Source: Candidatus Moraniibacteriota bacterium
Lineage (GTDB): Bacteria; Patescibacteriota; Minisyncoccia; Moranbacterales; UBA1568
NCBI GenBank assembly: GCA_016699875.1
Contig: CP064989.1
Coordinates: 456,788-520,787, forward strand
Length of the DNA stretch: 64,000 nt
Direction of reading: 5' to 3'
This document shows positions 57,399 to 64,000 of the stretch, piece after piece. The translations under genes and the position numbers were made by a program. The notes beneath the pieces were generated by a model, which saw nothing but the letters and a program-made list of their open reading frames with translations, was not told where the DNA came from and did no database searches. How positions within the stretch are numbered: position 1 is the first letter of the stretch; each line of letters opens with the position of its first letter.

Positions 57399-57426
57399 TG
57401 CGATATTCCAGAACACAAAAGCCACT

Positions 57427-58536
57427 CTACGTGCTAGCAAAGAAAGATGCAAGTTGTCGCACGATAACCAGCGAGGCAAGCGCCACCACGACGCCAAGGA
57501 GTGCATAGGTGACAATCTTTTTCCCGGTCGTGATGCGATCCTGACTCCCTGCCGCCATGAGAAACATCACCCCGCCCACAACGAGCATAATGATCGAGAG
57601 CGTCCCCACGATACCCAAGAGGAAATTCAATACCGAGAGCAATATATCTGCCGCACTCCGTGCATTTGATACTTCCGATGGCAACGCCGCCGTCGAGTTC
57701 CACCCCAAAACCGTAGCGATTTCCTTGAGAAAGGTCGGCGCGAGTATCCCAATCGCAAGCCCAATTAAGGCTGCCGTAATCGCTGTTTTCGCCATGGTCA
57801 CCCGCCCTTGATTGCCAGCCGACGTGATATAGAGCACCGCCCCGATCACAATGAAGACGAGTGACAAAACGACGATCACGCCCTGCAATGCATAGAGCAA
57901 TGCCATCAAGACCTGCTGCACGGTATTGTATTTCAGAGGATTCACCAGTGAAATATTCACCACCTGCCCCGCCGTTCCGCCCCCAGATCCACCAGTTGTC
58001 GAATTAGAAACACAGTAAAGAGGTTTTGTACTATCTTTCGTTGCACAGTCTTCAGAACATTTGGTGTCACCTTGCTTTTCCGTAGACGAATCACAACTTG
58101 CTTTACATGTTCCTCCGGTACAAGTAGAGGATGTCGTAGAGGTAGTAGAGGTAGTAGAGGTAGTAGAGGTAGTAGAGGTAGTAGAGGTAGTAGAGGTAGT
58201 AGAGGTAGAGGTGCCTGAACAATACTTCGTGCCACTCGGACACAAGTGACTTGTACACCAAGTATCACCTTCTCCACTGCTTCCGCAGTCTGACTTACAC
58301 TTCTCATTGAAATTAGAACATCGTGACGCTGACTTACTATCAGTACAGGCGCTCAAAGCACAGCTACTCTCGGCTTTGCACCCATTTGTTACTTCGATAT
58401 TACCATTATGGGAACAATCATAACCAGTAACATTGCAAAATACAGCGCTACATTCTGCAAAAACAGGCGTACTTACAAAAAATACACTCCATATGGCCAC
58501 CAATAATGCTCCTCCGAACTGTGGGGATTTTTTCAT
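57427..58536 (-). CDS. Pilin-like array member A: signal peptide, Cys-rich ectodomain, (TST)n linker, second Cys-rich segment, then TWO tandem TrbC/VirB2-like 2-TM pilin modules
   Basis: SP MKKSPQFGGALLVAIWSVFFVSTPVFA. >25 Cys. TSTTSTTSTTS... Pilin modules ...LYITSAGNQGRVTMAKTAITAALIGLAIGI... and ...MFLMAAGSQDRITTGKKIVTYALLGVVVAL... Confidence 0.65.
   Translation of the reverse strand: MKKSPQFGGALLVAIWSVFFVSTPVFAECSAVFCNVTGYDCSHNGNIEVTNGCKAESSCALSACTDSKSASRCSNFNEKCKSDCGSSGEGDTWCTSHLCPSGTKYCSGTSTSTTSTTSTTSTTSTTSTTSTTSTTSSTCTGGTCKASCDSSTEKQGDTKCSEDCATKDSTKPLYCVSNSTTGGSGGGTAGQVVNISLVNPLKYNTVQQVLMALLYALQGVIVVLSLVFIVIGAVLYITSAGNQGRVTMAKTAITAALIGLAIGILAPTFLKEIATVLGWNSTAALPSEVSNARSAADILLSVLNFLLGIVGTLSIIMLVVGGVMFLMAAGSQDRITTGKKIVTYALLGVVVALASLVIVRQLASFFAST
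58125..58212. repeat. 9-bp tandem repeat (GAGGTAGTA)n, ~9 units, encoding the (TST)n linker of member A
   Basis: Read directly: gaggtagtagaggtagtagaggtagta... Confidence 0.8.
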
Positions 58537-58633
58537 AATTACTTCACTTCATATGCTCTACTAAAACAAAAGGGGACAGAACAATCTATGCTATTTCCTC
58601 TTTTTCCATTACGGTCCCAGTGAACAACTATTC

Positions 58634-59455
58634 TCACCCGCCCCATGCTGTCGCTCGCAAGAGCGAGTCTATCGCGATAAGAATCACGAGCCCTGAAAGC
58701 GCGATGATCACGCCGATAATCGAATAGTTCATATTCCGCTTTGCCGTCTCGATCATATTCATATTTCCCGCCGCCGAGAGATATTGGATACCGGAAATCA
58801 CAAATGCGATAATCGCCAGGAATCCGAAAAGATAGAGCATCCATTTCATGAGATTGATGATAATGCTGGCGACCGACACTTCCGAAAGTCCCGTATTGAT
58901 CGGGAAGCACACCCCGGCATATTCCTTGAATTTCGTCGTATCACACTTCTCTGTCGTCGACGTAGTTGTGGTTGTTGTCGTCGTTGTCCCACTTCCGGAC
59001 CCACAGCACATCGTCTTGCCATTCGTATTTGCCGAACACGTCGCACTTGTCCCAAGGTTTGACCCACTACCCGGGCAAGCTCCGCTCACCGGAGTCTGAC
59101 ACGTCCCTGATCCGCCCGACGCACACGGATCCGTCGTTGTAGAGGTTTTGCAATACTTTGTCCCCGTTGGACAAGCAGCTAATGAACAGGCAGCGTCCTC
59201 CCCATTGGCACAACTTACCGCACATTGCGTATTAAAATTTGGGCAACTTGCCACAAAAGAACTCGGAATACACGCTTTCTCGGAGCAATTCAATTCTGTC
59301 TTGCAGGCATTAGTAACTTCTTGTTGCGTCCCGCAGGAAGACATGCACGTCACCTCACGGCATGCAGCAGATACAGAGTTAACACCCAACGACAGAATAA
59401 ATCCCAGTGCCACAAAAGACAGCACCAACGATTTCAAAAGAAACTTTTTTTTCAT
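58634..59455 (-). CDS. Pilin-like array member B: signal peptide, Cys-rich ectodomain, poly-Thr linker, one C-terminal pilin module
   Basis: Start refined to MKKKFLLKSLVLSFVALGF. TTTTTTTTTSTT. Module IQYLSAAGNMNMIETAKRNMNYSIIGVIIAL. Confidence 0.65.
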   Translation of the reverse strand: MKKKFLLKSLVLSFVALGFILSLGVNSVSAACREVTCMSSCGTQQEVTNACKTELNCSEKACIPSSFVASCPNFNTQCAVSCANGEDAACSLAACPTGTKYCKTSTTTDPCASGGSGTCQTPVSGACPGSGSNLGTSATCSANTNGKTMCCGSGSGTTTTTTTTTSTTEKCDTTKFKEYAGVCFPINTGLSEVSVASIIINLMKWMLYLFGFLAIIAFVISGIQYLSAAGNMNMIETAKRNMNYSIIGVIIALSGLVILIAIDSLLRATAWGG

Positions 59456-59492
59456 ATGCAAGAAAAAATCCGCATCACACAAGAGACATTCG

Positions 59493-59786
59493 CTAAAACT
59501 GTGTTCCGGCACTCAGCCACGTATCAACCGCGAGAACAACCACATACCCGACAAGCGCCACAATCACACCGATGATAGACCACTTCATGGCCTCCTTGGC
59601 TGTTTTCACCTGACCGTCGTTTCCGGCCGCGGTGAGATACATAATACCCGAAATCACAAAGCCGATAATGGCGATGAAGCCAAGGACCGCAAGAAGCCAA
59701 TCCATGGTCCCTGCGATGATGTCGTAAATAGGCGCATCGGGCAAAAGTGATTGATCGCCACCTTCGAAATAGGGTTTGTCTCCCAT
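59493..59786 (-). CDS. Pilin-like array member C: headless pilin (no signal peptide, no ectodomain; 97 aa)
   Basis: ...LAVLGFIAIIGFVISGIMYLTAAGNDGQVKTAKEAMKWSIIGVIVALVGYVVVLAV... Confidence 0.6.
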   Translation of the reverse strand: MGDKPYFEGGDQSLLPDAPIYDIIAGTMDWLLAVLGFIAIIGFVISGIMYLTAAGNDGQVKTAKEAMKWSIIGVIVALVGYVVVLAVDTWLSAGTQF

Positions 59787-59810
59787 ACGAGTAAAGCTAA
59801 AGAAAATAAA

Positions 59811-60641
59811 TCACGAACCGCGTAGCAAGAAATCCGCCGCCAAGATAATCACATATCCGACAAGTGCCACGACAACGCCCACGATAGACCATGTCATCGC
59901 TGTTTTCGCCGCCTTGATCTGTCCGTCATTCCCCGCCGCGGTGAGATACATAATACCGGAAATCACAAAGGCGATGATGGCGATAAACCCGAGAATCGTG
60001 AGAAGCCACGTCATAAATCCCGACACAATAGTCGCAACGGAAGAACTCGGCAACTCGGATTCGGATTTGACACTTTGAAGTCCCGATGTCCACCCGCCGC
60101 TCGTACTCGAAGAATCATTGGAAGAGCTTGTAGTATTACCGGTTCCTGAAGTAGTCTCGCTCGTCGGCTTACAGCAGTATCGTCCGGTCCCGCACGCATC
60201 ATCCCGACTACTCAAATGTTCATATCCCGTCCCGCCGCACGTGCTCGAAGCGGAGCAGAAATAGTTCGTCCCTGCGCTCGTGCAAGCATTCGTTGTCGAA
60301 CTCCCGCCACTCGTCGTACAGCAATCCGGCGTGGCACTCAGACAATCCGAACTGGTATGCACATACGTTCCCGTCGGACAAGAGAGCGACGCCGCACACG
60401 TCCCCGAACTTCCATTGTCAGACGCTGTACAAGCCGCACCGGCATTTCCCGTCGGGGTGGTACTGCCCTGACAGCAATACCGGTTTGGACAATTGTCATC
60501 GAGATTCCAATTCCCCGAACACGCCGCCGGATCGGATACGCAGTTCCCTCCCGAACACGTCTGCGCCCCGGCAGACGGAACAAAAAAAGCTCCTGCAAAG
60601 AAGAAAACTGACAACCCAAAAAGTTTCAGTCCGAATTTCAT
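59811..60641 (-). CDS. Pilin-like array member D: signal peptide, Cys-rich ectodomain, S/T-rich linker, pilin module
   Basis: SP MKFGLKLFGLSVFFFAGAFFVPSAGA. 20+ Cys. Module IMYLTAAGNDGQIKAAKTAMTWSIVGVVVALVGYVI. Confidence 0.65.
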   Translation of the reverse strand: MKFGLKLFGLSVFFFAGAFFVPSAGAQTCSGGNCVSDPAACSGNWNLDDNCPNRYCCQGSTTPTGNAGAACTASDNGSSGTCAASLSCPTGTYVHTSSDCLSATPDCCTTSGGSSTTNACTSAGTNYFCSASSTCGGTGYEHLSSRDDACGTGRYCCKPTSETTSGTGNTTSSSNDSSSTSGGWTSGLQSVKSESELPSSSVATIVSGFMTWLLTILGFIAIIAFVISGIMYLTAAGNDGQIKAAKTAMTWSIVGVVVALVGYVIILAADFLLRGS

Positions 60642-60823
60642 GAACTCAGTATATCACAATCACTGAAAACTCGAAAAAATACCACCTCTGTCAAGCGCCA
60701 GATTTACTCGAGCTCATATCTCCCACTCCCTATTTTCCATCTTCTGCACATTTCCAACTCCAAACCAAAACGCCCCCGACAGTATGCCGGAAGCGCCTTT
60801 GGAAAGAAACCTTCGAAGAATTC

Positions 60824-61204
60824 CTAAATACTCGAGTTCGAACTCGCATTGAGCCACGAATCCACCGCGCTCACGATCACATACCCGATAAGCGCTACGA
60901 TAACACCGATAATGGAAGCGGTCAGAGCGCTCTTGGCACTACCTATACGCTTTTCATCTCCCGCAGCGGTGAGGTACATGATACCGGCGATCACAAACCC
61001 GACGATCGCAATGAAGCCCAAGATTGCGAGGAGATAATTCATCGTCGTGTGAATGATGTCATATATGCTCGCATTCGGCGTCCCGCCACTCTGCGCATTG
61101 CTATCCCCGGCAGACCACTGTCCGAACGCCACCATCGGAACCGTCACAAACGTCGCGATAAGCGCAAACGCCCCGATATTCTTCAAAATGAGTGATTTTT
61201 TCAT
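60824..61204 (-). CDS. Pilin-like array member E: signal peptide, short ectodomain, pilin module (126 aa)
   Basis: Start refined to MKKSLILKNIGAFALIATFVTVPMVAFG at 61204 with AAGGAGGTGA RBS. Module IMYLTAAGDEKRIGSAKSALTASIIGVIVALIGYVIV. The longer ORF-track N-terminus reads through hairpin repeat copy 2 (WIPAFAGMT artefact). Confidence 0.65.
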   Translation of the reverse strand: MKKSLILKNIGAFALIATFVTVPMVAFGQWSAGDSNAQSGGTPNASIYDIIHTTMNYLLAILGFIAIVGFVIAGIMYLTAAGDEKRIGSAKSALTASIIGVIVALIGYVIVSAVDSWLNASSNSSI

Positions 61205-61262
61205 AGTAATTCTCTCACCTCCTTTCTGTTTTTGATAAATTATCAATTCCTCCCCCTCCCTC

Positions 61263-61296
61263 GTCATTCCCGCGAAGGCGGGAATCCAGGTTCCAC
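61263..61296. repeat. Hairpin repeat family copy 2 (GTCATTCCCGCGAAGGCGGGAATCCAGGTTCCAC)
   Basis: Read directly. 3' of the GIY-YIG gene stop. Confidence 0.75.
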
Positions 61297-61351
61297 TCGC
61301 TTCCACAGAAACACACACAAGATTTTCCCAACAAGACTCCATTCTCAATTT

Positions 61352-61636
61352 TCACAATTCATCGTATAAATCTCTCCACTTCGGATTTTTTTCTTCAATA
61401 AGTCGGATTTTCCACAGACGATTCCACTTTTTCAACTGTTTCTCTCTTTGAATAGCGCCAATAACACTTTCTCCTTGTTCATAATACACCAAAATATTCG
61501 CATCGTATTTTTCCGTAAACCCGGGAACTACTTTGTTTTTATGCTGCCAAACTCTTCCTTGCAAATTGGAAGTGACGCCGATATACAAGGTCCCATTTCT
61601 CTTACTTGCCAGCATGTACACACAGGGAGATTTCAT
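61352..61636 (-). CDS. Small GIY-YIG nuclease-domain protein (YhbQ/UPF0213-like, 94 aa)
   Basis: VYMLASKRNGTLYIGVTSNLQGRVWQHK...EQGESVIGAIQREKQLKKWNR matches the GIY-YIG pattern. Confidence 0.75.
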   Translation of the reverse strand: MKSPCVYMLASKRNGTLYIGVTSNLQGRVWQHKNKVVPGFTEKYDANILVYYEQGESVIGAIQREKQLKKWNRLWKIRLIEEKNPKWRDLYDEL

Positions 61637-61673
61637 GAAATTCTGTTCGATTTCCGGAAATTCTGAAGTTTTG

Positions 61674-61706
61674 CGGCAACTGGATTCCCGCCTTCGCGGG
61701 AATGAC
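61674..61706. repeat. Hairpin repeat family copy 3 (inverted orientation: GGATTCCCGCCTTCGCGGGAATGAC)
   Basis: Reverse complement of copies 2 and 4. Abuts the stop of 61714..61983. Confidence 0.75.
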
Positions 61707-61713
61707 GGGGACT

Positions 61714-61983
61714 CTATTCAAAAAACTTTGCCATAGCTCGAACCAGCACCAACGCTCCCAAACCAATCGCTATGCCAATAACCGCCCATGAAAACGACTT
61801 CTTCGCCATATCGAGCCTTGCCGAACTGCCAGCAGCCGTAAAGTACAAAATCCCCGAAAACACTAGCGCCAGTATAACAACAAATCCAAACACCGCCAAC
61901 AAAAAGTCAAGCACACGAAAGAGCACCATCGCCACCGTCGGCGCATCATCAATCACTCCGGCAGCATGAGCAATAGGAATCAT
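61714..61983 (-). CDS. Pilin-like array member F: headless pilin (89 aa)
   Basis: ...LLAVFGFVVILALVFSGILYFTAAGSSARLDMAKKSFSWAVIGIAIGLGALVLV... Confidence 0.6.
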   Translation of the reverse strand: MIPIAHAAGVIDDAPTVAMVLFRVLDFLLAVFGFVVILALVFSGILYFTAAGSSARLDMAKKSFSWAVIGIAIGLGALVLVRAMAKFFE

Positions 61984-62081
61984 AGAACACGTGTAGACAT
62001 TCGATGAGCCGAGATAAAAAGGCTAATTCTCTCCCATTATTATTCTCACTCGCCATTTTCGTCACTCCTTCTCCCTGCTTC

Positions 62082-62105
62082 GTCATTCCCGCGAAGGCGG
62101 GAATC
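62082..62105. repeat. Hairpin repeat family copy 4
   Basis: GTCATTCCCGCGAAGGCGGGAATC. 3' of the stop of 62164..62868. Confidence 0.75.
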
Positions 62106-62163
62106 TACGCCCTGCCAGAAGGAGAATCCAACCGAATGAATCAAAAAGTTCTCGAAAAAATAG

Positions 62164-62868
62164 CTACAACCCGTACCGCTTATTCCGCGCACGCAATCGA
62201 ATAAGCACAACGACACCAACACTGATTAATACCACTGCAATACCACCCACAATCACCAGAATGGAACCAGCTCCATTGTTCGCCATTGCCGTTCCGCCAG
62301 TCGAGGCGACTGCGCTCGCCTGCATACCACGCAGCACTACCTCTCCCGATTTCGGATCCCGAAGCACGTCATTATTCTGCTTGAGCAACTTTTTTGTTTC
62401 ATCACTGAAACTTCCGGAAATACAATCGGAAAGGCAGGTCAGTAACGTTTCGCCTTTTTCAAACTCACAAATGTTATCTGCATTGCACTGCACAAAATCT
62501 GCAAGAGACCCTTCAAGAAGCAATGCTCCGCTTCCCACAGAATAAATTTTATACCCATTCACAATACCAAAATGCGGAAACTCATATGAAAATTTACCCT
62601 TCTTTCCGGAGAATTCGTACTTAACCGCACTGGCTCCGGTAACATCAGAAAACTCTATACGATACTCCCCACGAACAACCTCCTGAGAAAATGCAACAAC
62701 CGAGAAATTCGGATCACTTTCTAAGACAATAGCTGGAGATTGCTGCGAATCAAGCCTGAGATTCCCATCCTGACTCTCAAAATGGAACACCAGAACGTCT
62801 TCCGCACGCGCAGAAGACGCAAATGCAAAAAATGTAACTACCACCAAACAGAAGACCAAAGACTTCAT
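62164..62868 (-). CDS. Secreted beta-rich surface protein with signal peptide, one Cys pair and C-terminal TM anchor (not pilin-like); embedded in the array
   Basis: Start refined to MKSLVFCLVVVTFFAFASSARA. C-terminal GSILVIVGGIAVVLISVGVVVLIRLRARNKR. Confidence 0.55.
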   Translation of the reverse strand: MKSLVFCLVVVTFFAFASSARAEDVLVFHFESQDGNLRLDSQQSPAIVLESDPNFSVVAFSQEVVRGEYRIEFSDVTGASAVKYEFSGKKGKFSYEFPHFGIVNGYKIYSVGSGALLLEGSLADFVQCNADNICEFEKGETLLTCLSDCISGSFSDETKKLLKQNNDVLRDPKSGEVVLRGMQASAVASTGGTAMANNGAGSILVIVGGIAVVLISVGVVVLIRLRARNKRYGL

Positions 62869-62899
62869 ATGATAGACGCTGGGAGAAACCTCAAACACA

Positions 62900-63997
62900 T
62901 CAAGACTTACAGCTCTTATAATATGTTTCCACACGATCACAGTAGCGATTTGTTGTACGGGCACAGTTATTCGGTTTACCGCTATTATAACACGAGGCGA
63001 CATTACGAATATCCATTCCACACCGACCAGCATTATCTTTTATAAGCCATGCTGCACAGTTAACATCCAGCTGCACATCATTTTGAATCTTCGTGCATGA
63101 CTCCGACGCCGATCCGGTAATTCCACATTTCGCACGAATAGCAGGAAGTGCCTGCGAATAGCCACAGGAACCATACCCATCAGTAGAAAGACTTTTGTTA
63201 CAACCCTCACCCGCATCAATGATTGCCATTACAATATCCGCCTCCACGTTGGAAGCATTGCTTTTTGTTGCACTTGATACATCTTGCTTATTCGCACACT
63301 TTCCATCCTTGCAATTCAAGTTCCCACCAGAACCGGTCGACGTCTCGCTTCCACTAGATGCTCCGTTTACCCCCGTTCGTGTATATTTTGATTTCGCGTC
63401 ACAACTATACGTAAACCACGATCCGTTTGTTTTAAAAGAAAACGTCGCCGTATCCGTCCCAAGTGCGCCGTCCGCCAAAACCATAAGGATCACATTGATC
63501 GCTACCCACCCCAGGAGCACGATGGCAAATCCGTAGAGCGCCGCTTTGATACCGCTTTTGGCAATACCGATCATCTGAGTATTCCCTGCGGAAATAATAT
63601 AGAAAATGCCCATCGCCACCAGTACCGCAAAGGCGATATAGGTCATCACGGTAAAAATCCAACTCGTGATATTCTTCATGAGCAAAAACAGGTGGCACAG
63701 AGTGCAAATCGCCGTTTCGTCATCAGGTGTCGTTGGGTCGTCGCAAGACCGTCCACACGGAACTATCCCCGCATTCTGAGATCCCGAACAATAACTCCCG
63801 CTCCCACCAGTAGTATTTTCACAATAATAGTACTCTCCTGATGTCCCATAATGAGATTTGCATTCTGCTGCACAGAATGAGTTGTTATTACCTTGCTCAC
63901 ACGCCGTTGTTGAACACTTTGACATATCGCACGATTCCCCAGCTACCGCCGTATAGCAACATGCCACACTGCCAGTGCATCCCGTTGCACCTGTCAA
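62900..63997 (-). CDS. Pilin-like array member G: large Cys-rich ectodomain plus pilin module; N-terminus probably continues beyond the window end
   Basis: No signal peptide in the in-window N-terminus. Frame open to the window edge. Module IFYIISAGNTQMIGIAKSGIKAALYGFAIVLLGWVAIN. >30 Cys. Confidence 0.6.
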   Translation of the reverse strand: MTGATGCTGSVACCYTAVAGESCDMSKCSTTACEQGNNNSFCAAECKSHYGTSGEYYYCENTTGGSGSYCSGSQNAGIVPCGRSCDDPTTPDDETAICTLCHLFLLMKNITSWIFTVMTYIAFAVLVAMGIFYIISAGNTQMIGIAKSGIKAALYGFAIVLLGWVAINVILMVLADGALGTDTATFSFKTNGSWFTYSCDAKSKYTRTGVNGASSGSETSTGSGGNLNCKDGKCANKQDVSSATKSNASNVEADIVMAIIDAGEGCNKSLSTDGYGSCGYSQALPAIRAKCGITGSASESCTKIQNDVQLDVNCAAWLIKDNAGRCGMDIRNVASCYNSGKPNNCARTTNRYCDRVETYYKSCKS

Positions 63998-64000
63998 GGC

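Noticed and set aside
61263-61296. Hairpin repeats interpreted as rho-independent terminators
   Set aside because: All four copies lie 3' of stops. None is followed by a U-tract on the transcribed (minus) strand, so the REP/MITE-like interpretation is preferred.
60824-61348. Long N-terminal extension of array member E (MRMESCWENLVCVSVEASGTWIPAFAGMTREGEEL...)
   Set aside because: The extension is a read-through translation of hairpin repeat copy 2. An internal ATG at 61204 has a perfect AAGGAGGTGA RBS and begins a canonical signal peptide.
1-64000. CRISPR arrays, rRNA genes, tmRNA/RNase P
   Set aside because: No regularly spaced direct repeats with unique spacers were seen. No rRNA-like conserved stretches. 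Intergenic regions are short apart from 38280..38826 and 55034..55399, which are interpreted above.

Overview
Hand annotation of a ~64 kb bacterial window, GC roughly 50-55%, with most genes on the minus strand. Gene content suggests a Patescibacteria/CPR-like or small-genome monoderm organism; this is an inference from many 2-TM pilin-like proteins, DUF4012, LytR_C, a TGS-less ThrRS and absence of LPS or outer-membrane genes. Housekeeping genes identified by motif: thrS, dnaG, nusA, tig, clpP, ppa, rny, gpmI, HU, class-A PBP, an ABC-F ATPase, peptidase E, TerC, a SAM methyltransferase, and three minus-strand tRNAs (Gly-CCC, Gly-UCC, Pro-UGG). Accessory modules, 5' to 3': (i) a >1150 aa open frame fusing GT2, a processive QxxRW GT2 and a Wzx-like flippase, followed by a GT4-GT2 fusion gene. 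The fusion frame runs off the 5' window edge and is absent from the supplied ORF track; it was verified by manual translation. (ii) P-type ATPase. (iii) Secreted coiled-coil metzincin. (iv) A two-subunit [NiFe]-hydrogenase with mixed group signatures, plus a divergently encoded maturation endopeptidase. (v) FN3 surface protein. (vi) Two adjacent genes each carrying two GH130 modules. (vii) MacAB/HlyD-type efflux pump. (viii) A 4-gene operon of unknowns upstream of dnaG, partly AT-rich. (ix) A promoter-hairpin-sORF-terminator micro-unit. (x) An IS30 transposase remnant plus an anomalously GC-rich gene bounded by ~45 bp direct repeats. (xi) At the 3' end, the most striking feature: a ~7.5 kb tandem array of seven paralogues. 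Most have a signal peptide, a hypervariable Cys-rich or Thr-repeat ectodomain and a conserved C-terminal two-TM 'YLTAAGN..AK' module resembling TrbC/VirB2-type T4SS pilins; two are headless pilin-only genes. The array is punctuated by a 4-copy hairpin repeat family and an inserted GIY-YIG gene. No CRISPR array and no rRNA were found.
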